From: Candidatus Woesearchaeota archaeon
GTDB taxonomy: Archaea; Nanobdellota; Nanobdellia; Woesearchaeales; ARS49
Reading direction: 5' to 3'
NCBI GenBank assembly: GCA_019322895.1
Contig: JAHWHZ010000001.1
Location: 266,220-330,219 of the forward strand
Length of the DNA: 64,000 nucleotides
The notes under the pieces are model-generated. The model was not told where the DNA came from. It worked only from the letters and a program-made list of their open reading frames with translations, and searched no databases. A program made the translations under genes and the position numbers. Of the stretch, positions 56,735-64,000 are shown piece by piece (position 1 is the first letter of the stretch; each line of letters opens with the position of its first letter).

Positions 56735-57409
56735 ATGAATAACACGCAGATAGTCATTGCAGCGTATAACGAAGAAAAAGCTATCCCATATGTAATAAAT
56801 GATTTATATAATCACGGCTATCATAACATAATTGTTGTTGATGACTGTTCTCGCGATAAGACTGCAGAAGTTGCTGAAAAAACCGGTGCAACAGTTCTTA
56901 GACACATAATCAATCTTGGGCAGGGCGCTGCTCTCAAGACAGGCATTGATTATGCAGTATCAAAAGGAGCAGAAATAATTGTCACATTTGATGCAGACGG
57001 CCAGCACATGGCAAAAGACATACCAAAGCTTGTTCATGCCATAGAACGCGGCTATGATGCTGCTCTTGGAAGCAGATTTCTTGGAAAAGCAGAAAATATT
57101 GGAATTATAAGAAAAATATTCCTAAAAGGTGGCGCTGTTATATTCAGACTTTTTTACAATGTAAAAGTCACAGACTCGCATAACGGACTAAGAGCCTTGT
57201 CTCGCAGAGCTGCAAAAAAAATTAATATGACTTGCAATAGAATGGAACACGCTTCTGAAATCATTGAAGAGCTTGGGAAGAAAAAAATAAGATATAGAGA
57301 AGTGCCTGTTACAATAAGATACACAGATTATTCAATGAAAAAAGGGCAGAGCACATGGAATGGTTTCAGGATTTTATTCAAGATGGTTATTAAATTTTTA
57401 GGAGGCTAA
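56735..57409 (+). CDS. GT2-family glycosyltransferase (dolichyl-phosphate hexose synthase-like)
   Basis: IVIAAYNEEKAI...IIVVDDCSRDKT and a DAD motif. Confidence 0.75.
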   Translation: MNNTQIVIAAYNEEKAIPYVINDLYNHGYHNIIVVDDCSRDKTAEVAEKTGATVLRHIINLGQGAALKTGIDYAVSKGAEIIVTFDADGQHMAKDIPKLVHAIERGYDAALGSRFLGKAENIGIIRKIFLKGGAVIFRLFYNVKVTDSHNGLRALSRRAAKKINMTCNRMEHASEIIEELGKKKIRYREVPVTIRYTDYSMKKGQSTWNGFRILFKMVIKFLGG

Positions 57410-57412
57410 ATA

Positions 57413-57742
57413 ATGGAAATTATAAGCATAATTTTAATCATATTTGCATTGTTTGCCTGGAGTAGAGCCATACTTAATTATAAAAAGAAAAGGTTATCTA
57501 TAAATGAATTTGTTTTTTGGACAATTGTATGGTTCTTAGTAATTCTTGTCAGTCTACTGCCTGCAATATTTAGCGAATTTGCTGAATTGATTGGTATACA
57601 ATCAGGCATAAACCTGCTTATATATGTAAGTATTGTTCTATTATTTTATCTAATGTATCGGTTGTATGTAAAAACAAAGCAAACTCATCAAGAGCTCACA
57701 AAAATCGTAAGAAATATTGCTATTCAAAAAAGAAAAAGGTAA
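57413..57742 (+). CDS. Small 3-TM membrane protein (DUF2304-like, GT2-associated)
   Basis: 109 aa with three hydrophobic helices. Tightly packed between two GT2 genes. Confidence 0.45.
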   Translation: MEIISIILIIFALFAWSRAILNYKKKRLSINEFVFWTIVWFLVILVSLLPAIFSEFAELIGIQSGINLLIYVSIVLLFYLMYRLYVKTKQTHQELTKIVRNIAIQKRKR

Positions 57743-58687
57743 ATGAACATGAAAAATAAAGAAATAAGTATTGTACTTCCAACATATAATGAAGAAAAAA
57801 ATGTCTTGCTGCTCTATAAAATATTAAAAAAAGTTCTTGATAGATTAAACAAACCCTATGAAATAATTTATGTTGATGACGGCAGTAAGGACAAGACCTT
57901 TGAGAACCTTAAAAAAATGCATAGCATTGATAAAAGAGTCAAGATAATCAAGTTCAGGAGAAATTTTGGCCAGACTGCTGCACTCGATGCAGGTTTTAAG
58001 TTTGCATCCGGCAATATAATTATTGCATTGGATGCCGACCTCCAGGATGACCCTAGGTATATCCCAAAATTTGTGAATAAGTTAAATGAAGGGTATGACT
58101 GCGTGTGTGCCTGGAGATATAAAAGGAAAGACTCCTTTTCAAAGAAAATTCTTTCCAGAATTGCGAACTTCTTAAGATATATCCTAATCAATGATAAAAT
58201 TCACGATTCTGGCTGCAGTTTCAAGGCATATAGAAAAGAATGTTTCGAGGACCTGGATTTATATGGAGAAATGCATCGTTTCGTTCCAGCTCTTCTTAAA
58301 ATGCAGGGCTTTAAAATTACTGAACTAAAAGTAAAACACTATCCGCGAAAATTCGGAAAAACAAAATATAATATTAAAAGAGTCTTGAAAGGCTTTGTTG
58401 ATTTACTGAATGTGTGGTTCTGGCAGAAGTTTTCAAGCAGGCCGCTTCATTTGTTTGGCGGAACAGGAATTATTATGTGCGGTCTGGGAATGCTTGTGGG
58501 CATTTATCTGTTGGTACTCAAATTTTTCTTCGGAAAAGGCATTGGAAACAGGCCATTGTTGTTATTGGCGATTTTGCTGGTGATTTTAGGAATCCAATTC
58601 TTGGTTTTTGGTGTTTTAGCCGACCTATTGATGAAGATTTATTATAGAAAAAAGATGAATTATAAGATTAAAGAAATAATAAAATGA
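57743..58687 (+). CDS. GT2-family glycosyltransferase with C-terminal TM helices (Dpm1/AglD-like)
   Basis: ISIVLPTYNEEKNV...IIYVDDGSKDKT and DADLQDD motifs, with two C-terminal TM helices. Confidence 0.75.
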   Translation: MNMKNKEISIVLPTYNEEKNVLLLYKILKKVLDRLNKPYEIIYVDDGSKDKTFENLKKMHSIDKRVKIIKFRRNFGQTAALDAGFKFASGNIIIALDADLQDDPRYIPKFVNKLNEGYDCVCAWRYKRKDSFSKKILSRIANFLRYILINDKIHDSGCSFKAYRKECFEDLDLYGEMHRFVPALLKMQGFKITELKVKHYPRKFGKTKYNIKRVLKGFVDLLNVWFWQKFSSRPLHLFGGTGIIMCGLGMLVGIYLLVLKFFFGKGIGNRPLLLLAILLVILGIQFLVFGVLADLLMKIYYRKKMNYKIKEIIK

Positions 58688-59292
58688 AAATACTATCACT
58701 ACTAAAAAAAGTGCCTATTGACTTAGGACAAGGAAATCTAAGGAGAACTACTAAAGGAAAATTAATTGCGCAGGCACTAATCCCAAGGGCAAGAGCGGGT
58801 ATGACTGCATTAGATGTCGGCTGCAGAGAAGGTCACCAAACAAGATACTTACGAAAAAAAGGATATAATGTAACATCAATAGATATTGAAAAAATAGTCC
58901 CCGAATGTATTGTAATGGATGCAAACAAAAAATTAAAATTTGAAGACAATAGTTTTGATTTAATTTGGGGCAGTGAAATTATTGAGCATCTTGATAATCC
59001 TGCTTTTTCTATCAGCGAATTCAAAAGAGTATTAAAACCAGGAGGAAGACTTATACTTACCACACCCAATAGTTATTTTTGTCTTGTTAGAGTAGCATAC
59101 ATTTTATTCAATCTATCCCCACGAAAGATTCAACGCAAAGATCATAAGCATTATTTTAATATTCAGAATATAAAACAATTATTTCCGCATGGCAGAATCT
59201 ATGGATTTTTCCCTTATTTACTTCTAAAATTCAAGATTAAAAGATTGGTTGGACTCTTGTCGCCAACATTTGTTATCTTGGATAAAAAATAA
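58684..59292 (+). CDS. Class I SAM-dependent methyltransferase
   Basis: LDVGCREGHQTRYL and LKPGGRLILTTPN motifs. Confidence 0.7.
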   Translation: MKILSLLKKVPIDLGQGNLRRTTKGKLIAQALIPRARAGMTALDVGCREGHQTRYLRKKGYNVTSIDIEKIVPECIVMDANKKLKFEDNSFDLIWGSEIIEHLDNPAFSISEFKRVLKPGGRLILTTPNSYFCLVRVAYILFNLSPRKIQRKDHKHYFNIQNIKQLFPHGRIYGFFPYLLLKFKIKRLVGLLSPTFVILDKK

Positions 59293-59294
59293 GT

Positions 59295-60275
59295 TTACTT
59301 TTTACGTATAGCAAATAGTTTCAAGCAAGCAAGCCCGCTTATTCCTAAAATCATAAAAAATAGAATAACAATCAAATGATATACAAACGAGGAAGATATT
59401 GCGATTTCTTTTGAGAGACCCAATAGAAAAAAGAAGATGGACCATGCTGCTTCTATTGTTCCAAATCCTGCAATTCCATGTATAGGCAGCATAACTGCAA
59501 AAAATGTCAGAGAGACGCCTGCAACAATTGTCCAAAATGTAAGAGTAATTCCCATTCCTGCAAATAACGCGCAGCACATTAAATAAATTGAAATCCATGT
59601 CAGAATTGAAAACAAAGCTATGATAAAAATATGCTTTATCGACTTCATTGTATTGAAATGTCTGATAGTTTCCTGCATTTTCGTTAGGATAAATTTAATA
59701 ATTTTTGATTTTTTAATCTGTTTAAGCGCCAACAGTTTCTTTAAAATCTTAAGATACGTTTTATTAAAAAATACAAGCGATATTATTAGCAGAACAAGAA
59801 CAAACAGGATTATGCATGTTGCAAAAAGAATTGTATGCATGGGTTGTTTTAAGTCTATGAAAAATACAGAAATAATAAATATTACTGCAATGGCTGCGAA
59901 ATCAAAAGCCCTTGCAACAAAAAGACTGAACATTGCTTTAGTGCCGCTTATTTTTTGTTTTTTAATCAGATATATGAAAGATAACTCCCCTGTTCTAAAT
60001 GGAAGCAGCTGGTTAATCATGTTGTGGACGCACACAATATTAAATAAAAGAAACATCCTGAGTTCGTGTGTCAGCAAGAATTTGAATCTCCATGCCCGGA
60101 ACACATAGCTAAATACGTAACATATGAATGCAAACAGTATCCAATACAAGGATAATCTGGAAAATAACTCGCTCAAGTCATGAACGGTTATTTGAGTCAG
60201 CAGGAAATAAACCAAGACAAAAGCAAGGATAACTGCAAAAACTATCTTAACTGCCTTTTTTTGTTTTTTTATCAT
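59295..60275 (-). CDS. Flippase-like polytopic membrane protein (lysyl-PG-synthase TM-domain / UPF0104-like)
   Basis: 326 aa with about 8 TM helices. Sits in the glycosylation cluster. Family call is tentative. Confidence 0.45.
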   Translation of the reverse strand: MIKKQKKAVKIVFAVILAFVLVYFLLTQITVHDLSELFSRLSLYWILFAFICYVFSYVFRAWRFKFLLTHELRMFLLFNIVCVHNMINQLLPFRTGELSFIYLIKKQKISGTKAMFSLFVARAFDFAAIAVIFIISVFFIDLKQPMHTILFATCIILFVLVLLIISLVFFNKTYLKILKKLLALKQIKKSKIIKFILTKMQETIRHFNTMKSIKHIFIIALFSILTWISIYLMCCALFAGMGITLTFWTIVAGVSLTFFAVMLPIHGIAGFGTIEAAWSIFFFLLGLSKEIAISSSFVYHLIVILFFMILGISGLACLKLFAIRKK

Positions 60276-61030
60276 ATTTTTTTGGCGATAAAACAGTGAT
60301 TGATTGAAGAAAAGTTTGAAAAATATTTCTTATCCAGTTTATTTATTAAATTGAATAATTTATAGATGCTATTATTCTCAAGCCCCGGTTTAATCCTAAA
60401 GGTCGCTTTGTTTTTCAGGCCAACAACTTTCAGCAAAGGAATAAGTATGTAATTGGCAATATATGTTGTATAATTTATCGATAATGCCAGCAAAAAATGT
60501 GACCTTGGTTCATACTTTGTTATCTTAAATCCCGCATCCACAAGCAGTTTCTTGATTTCTTCTTCAGTGTACAACCTGTGATGCCCCCATGCCCACATTC
60601 CGATTGGAATATGCAGATTAAATAATCCAAGAAATCTATTTATCGGATCATAAAAAAAAGGATATTTTTTATTTGGCACAGAAAAAATAAGTTTTCCATT
60701 ATTTTTAAGAACCCTGCATATTTCTGCTATTGCTTTTTTATCTTTTTTAACATGCTCAAGGACATCGATGCAAACTATAGTATCAAATGCAGATGAATTG
60801 AATGGTAATTTCTGCACATCTGCGCAGGTAACAGAGTATTTTTTCAAATTAACTAACATAGAAGGATCTATATCTATGCCTTTAAAAGCGAGATTTCTTT
60901 TTTTGTAAAGACTGAAATAATGTCCTTCTCCGCATCCAACATCAAGGAGATGTCCAGCATTTACAGAGAGATTTTCATCTACAAAATCCATTTTATTCTT
61001 GTAAATCGGGCTTAGTCTCTTATCCATCAT
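60272..61030 (-). CDS. Class I SAM-dependent methyltransferase
   Basis: LLDVGCGEGHY, VCIDVLEHV and LKNNGKLIFSVPN motifs. Confidence 0.7.
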   Translation of the reverse strand: MMDKRLSPIYKNKMDFVDENLSVNAGHLLDVGCGEGHYFSLYKKRNLAFKGIDIDPSMLVNLKKYSVTCADVQKLPFNSSAFDTIVCIDVLEHVKKDKKAIAEICRVLKNNGKLIFSVPNKKYPFFYDPINRFLGLFNLHIPIGMWAWGHHRLYTEEEIKKLLVDAGFKITKYEPRSHFLLALSINYTTYIANYILIPLLKVVGLKNKATFRIKPGLENNSIYKLFNLINKLDKKYFSNFSSINHCFIAKKI

Positions 61031-61032
61031 TT

Positions 61033-62691
61033 TTATTCAACATCAATATAGTACAGAGTATAATCACCAGAAGTATACTCATATTTTTTTTCCTTTACAG
61101 TATTTTTTTGTAGCAATGCATCTAATTCTGACATGTCAAAACTGCCGCCTTTTTTCAACAAAAAGTAAACTGGTTTTATGCCTTGTTTTGTTTTTTGAAA
61201 TGCAAATTGCTTGAGTGAGTAATTATTACTGAAATAATCCCATGCTTCTTTTTCATTAAATATTTCCATCACCCACTGATACACATAAAGCCATTGTACA
61301 TTGTATTCCTCTTCAGCTTTTTTTATTAGCGAGAGATTATAAGTCAAATGATTGGCCTTTCTATCTGCATGCCACAAAATTCCAGGTATCTGATGTCTTC
61401 CGCGGAATATCCTCTCTTCAGACGCCGAATGTCTTTGAATATATTCTCCAGCGATATCATGTCCTGGAAACTGAGTATTAAATTGCCGTTCCCATGCAGT
61501 CTTAGAAGGCAAGAATATTATTATGAACAAAATTATTAATAAAACAAACTTGACATATTTTCTATATTTTGATTTTGCAAATCTGCTTAAAGTATTTGAA
61601 ATAACTAAAAAAGAGTAGCCCATCAAGATAATAAATAATGGTGCTATAGGATATTGGTGATAACTATGTCCTTTTAGATAGCTTTGTGTGATAAAAATCC
61701 AGATTGGCGAGCCTAAAATGAATGCAATCGTGAATTTTTTCCCAAAACTTTTGTTTTTAATAAGAAATATTAATATTATTCCCAAAAGTATAAACCAAAA
61801 TCCTATTATTGTGAAATTATCTGCTATGAATGCTTTAGTTATGCTATAAAAAGATTTGCTGAATATTACAAATTTAAAAGATTTGGCAAACATTGCTGTC
61901 CCTAACTGTTCTGCTTTTATTTTTGTGTAGAGAAGCCAGAGCGGAAATAACAGTAGAATAAATCCAGACAAGTAATACTTCCAGTTATTCCATGGCTTGA
62001 TTTCTTTTAGAAATTTCTTGTAAGGAAATGTGAATAGTATAGGAAAAATTATTATAAAAAAATCATATTTGTTCAATAAAGCAAGCACAAGGAATAATGA
62101 GAAATATATGAACTGGTTGGTCTTGAAGTTTTCTCGCCAGGATACATAAAAATAAGCAGCAAGAACCATGCAAGGCAAAGCAAAATTGATTACTTGCACT
62201 TGCCTCCCAAAAAAAACCAGCAAGGGATTGATTGCAGTCAATAGTGCGCAAATCAAGGCAAGATCCTTTCTCTTAAATAATTTGTTAACCAGCAAAAACA
62301 TGAAAAGAATTACAGATGTGCTAGCAAGTATGGCAATTAATCTGGCAATCAATAATGAAGGTCCAAAAATTCTGAAAAAAACAGAAGTAATCAATGGAAG
62401 CATGGGCAAAGCATCTGTATGCGCGCCATCTATTTGTACTCCATAACCAGGGTAGTCCCATTCAGGAATAAAAACTCCATGTTTAAAAAAACCATTTCTT
62501 GCAAAATTTCTAGCTTCTGTTAGATAATGTGCTTCTTTCCAATTATGATAACCCACAACAGGATAATCAACATGATACATTCTTAGATAAAATCCTAATA
62601 ACAGTATTAATATCAAAAATAGCCAAACCCAATTTTTCTTTAAAAAAGATATTTTAATGGTTATATCTTCCTGTTTTTCCAAATGCCGCAC
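61033..62691 (-). CDS. GT-C fold glycosyltransferase (ArnT/PMT-like; dolichyl-phosphate-sugar dependent)
   Basis: 552 aa with about 11 TM helices. The N-terminal loop and overall topology are typical of the ArnT/PMT/GT83 family. Confidence 0.6.
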   Translation of the reverse strand: MRHLEKQEDITIKISFLKKNWVWLFLILILLLGFYLRMYHVDYPVVGYHNWKEAHYLTEARNFARNGFFKHGVFIPEWDYPGYGVQIDGAHTDALPMLPLITSVFFRIFGPSLLIARLIAILASTSVILFMFLLVNKLFKRKDLALICALLTAINPLLVFFGRQVQVINFALPCMVLAAYFYVSWRENFKTNQFIYFSLFLVLALLNKYDFFIIIFPILFTFPYKKFLKEIKPWNNWKYYLSGFILLLFPLWLLYTKIKAEQLGTAMFAKSFKFVIFSKSFYSITKAFIADNFTIIGFWFILLGIILIFLIKNKSFGKKFTIAFILGSPIWIFITQSYLKGHSYHQYPIAPLFIILMGYSFLVISNTLSRFAKSKYRKYVKFVLLIILFIIIFLPSKTAWERQFNTQFPGHDIAGEYIQRHSASEERIFRGRHQIPGILWHADRKANHLTYNLSLIKKAEEEYNVQWLYVYQWVMEIFNEKEAWDYFSNNYSLKQFAFQKTKQGIKPVYFLLKKGGSFDMSELDALLQKNTVKEKKYEYTSGDYTLYYIDVE

Positions 62692-62717
62692 CCCACTTTC
62701 TTACTATTTAAATACGA

Positions 62718-62733
62718 TATTTAAAGCTTTTGG
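62718..62733 (-). promoter_or_regulatory. BRE/TATA (minus-strand reading CCAAAAGCTTTAAATA) about 27 nt upstream of the GT-C gene ATG; leaderless
   Basis: Same TATTTAAAGsTTTyGG word recurs at 8325, 8399, 17208, 36444, 50838 and 52057, each oriented toward a minus-strand start or a putative minus-strand transcript. Confidence 0.35.
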
Positions 62734-62790
62734 TGCAACTCTCAAAAAGCTTTATAAAGCCTTGCAAACTGGCTTTTACAGGGGTTACTA

Positions 62791-63945
62791 ATGGCAAAAA
62801 TATGTTTTGTGAATCCAACAATCCTGATGAAAAGGCCTATTGCTGAATTAATCAATAATGTAGATGGGCATGAAATTGGATTGCTCTGTCCTACTGAAAT
62901 GGGGAAAAAGCTGGACAATTCTTACCATTTCAGCAATTCTGTTAAAAGAGCAAAAATTCACACATATTCTACAATTAAGCTGCCGTTTGTGTCTTATGAA
63001 TGGCCTATTCCTCTTCCTTTGTTTTATTTCAAGGCATTTAAGATATTCAAAGAGTATGATGTGGTCCACATGTGGGTTTATTTCTATATGAGCAGCTTCT
63101 GGATTACTTTTGCAAAGTTATTCTTTCCAAAAACAAAGCTTATCTTGACAATTGATACATTTCCCGGAGAATCTTTTGGTTCTGGAAAAGTTTTTGATTC
63201 TTTATTTAAGATATATCACGCAATATTTGGATGGTTTGTCTTTGGTGTTCCCAATACTATCACGCTTTATGGAAAATCCTTGATTCCTTATGCAAAAAAG
63301 CTGGGAATCCGGCTGAAAAAGACAACAGTTGCACCCACAGGCATTAATATTAGCAAGTTTGACGGCCCATATAAGGATATTAGAAAAGAATTCAACATCA
63401 AAAAAGATGAAATTGTTCTGTTATTTATTGGTTTGTTGCTCCCGCGAAAAGGAATTGACATAATAATCAAGACAATTTCAAGATTAAGAAATAAAAGAGT
63501 CAGGATGATTCTGGTTGGTGCTGGGCCTGACAAGAAAAGATATGAAAATATGGCCAAGAGGTATCAGCTGCAGGATAAAATAATATTCACTGGATTCAGA
63601 AAAGATGTGAAGAACTTCTACAGGTCATCAGATATCTTCTTTTTTCCATCAAGAGGAGAAGGCCTTGCAGGCGTGATAATGGAGGCAATGACCTGCGGCC
63701 TGCCTGTTGTAACATCGAATATCCCTTGTACGCCAGATTTAGTTAGACATCAAGAAAATGGTTTTTTATGTAATTCCGAGTCTGCTAAAGATTATGCTTT
63801 CTTATTGAATAATCTAATTGAAAATAATAAAATAAGAACTAGATTTGGCGCACAGTCAAAAAGATCGATAAAATTATTCAATTGGGAAAAAAGCATCAAA
63901 AGTTTTGAGAGGTTATACGGCAATGTGCGGCATAAACGGATTTAA
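62791..63945 (+). CDS. GT4-family (group 1) glycosyltransferase
   Basis: EGLAGVIMEAMTCGLPVVTSNI (E-x7-E region) and a C-terminal Rossmann half. Confidence 0.8.
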   Translation: MAKICFVNPTILMKRPIAELINNVDGHEIGLLCPTEMGKKLDNSYHFSNSVKRAKIHTYSTIKLPFVSYEWPIPLPLFYFKAFKIFKEYDVVHMWVYFYMSSFWITFAKLFFPKTKLILTIDTFPGESFGSGKVFDSLFKIYHAIFGWFVFGVPNTITLYGKSLIPYAKKLGIRLKKTTVAPTGINISKFDGPYKDIRKEFNIKKDEIVLLFIGLLLPRKGIDIIIKTISRLRNKRVRMILVGAGPDKKRYENMAKRYQLQDKIIFTGFRKDVKNFYRSSDIFFFPSRGEGLAGVIMEAMTCGLPVVTSNIPCTPDLVRHQENGFLCNSESAKDYAFLLNNLIENNKIRTRFGAQSKRSIKLFNWEKSIKSFERLYGNVRHKRI

Positions 63946-64000
63946 CTGGTCTAACAAAAAATTAATCAAGCAGATAAATAATACTGTAAAGCATCGGGGA
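63923..64000 (+). CDS. Asparagine synthase (glutamine-hydrolysing)-like amidotransferase, N-terminal fragment; continues beyond the window
   Basis: MCGINGFNWSNKKLIKQINNTVKHRG has the class-II GATase N-terminal Cys and the HRGPD-type motif. Overlaps the GT4 end by 23 nt. Confidence 0.45.
   Translation, partial: MCGINGFNWSNKKLIKQINNTVKHRG

Noticed and set aside
1-64000. Search for rRNA genes and CRISPR arrays
   Set aside because: No 16S/23S/5S-like conserved blocks and no regularly spaced direct repeats of three or more copies were seen anywhere in the window.

Overview
The window is AT-rich (about 35% GC) archaeal chromosome, probably from a small-genome DPANN-like archaeon. Archaeal markers present: aEF-1beta with its COG2888 Zn-ribbon partner, TFS, the S13e-type S15, Sec11-type signal peptidase, CDP-archaeol synthase, a geranylgeranyl reductase-family flavoprotein, AglB, Trm1, Tyw1, diphthine synthase, and two intron-containing tRNAs. 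Gene content is mostly housekeeping: ftsZ, translation and tRNA modification, a DNA end-repair toolkit (RtcA, PolX, standalone LigD-PE, EEP nuclease, NucS, XPD, TopA), and nucleotide metabolism. There are several secreted or surface proteins. The last 10.6 kb (53.4-64 kb) is a protein-glycosylation island headed by an unusual AglB-FKBP fusion. I found no rRNA and no CRISPR array. Most notable are two previously unannotated families of ~91-93 bp elements bounded by perfect 9-bp terminal inverted repeats. One family sits exactly on gene boundaries so that its termini supply start and stop codons. Also notable: a tRNA-Gln with a non-canonical intron in the T-arm plus a downstream duplicate of its 3' end beside a free-standing LAGLIDADG endonuclease gene; a selU-like gene in a Nudix / wHTH-Nudix locus; and an odd intergenic region carrying duplicated 16S-3'-end-like/SD sequences. 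Promoters follow a clear BRE/TATA consensus (AAAsCTTTwTAAAk), and many genes appear leaderless. The ORF track uses TTG/GTG as starts in places, so several starts were re-assigned to the first in-frame ATG.
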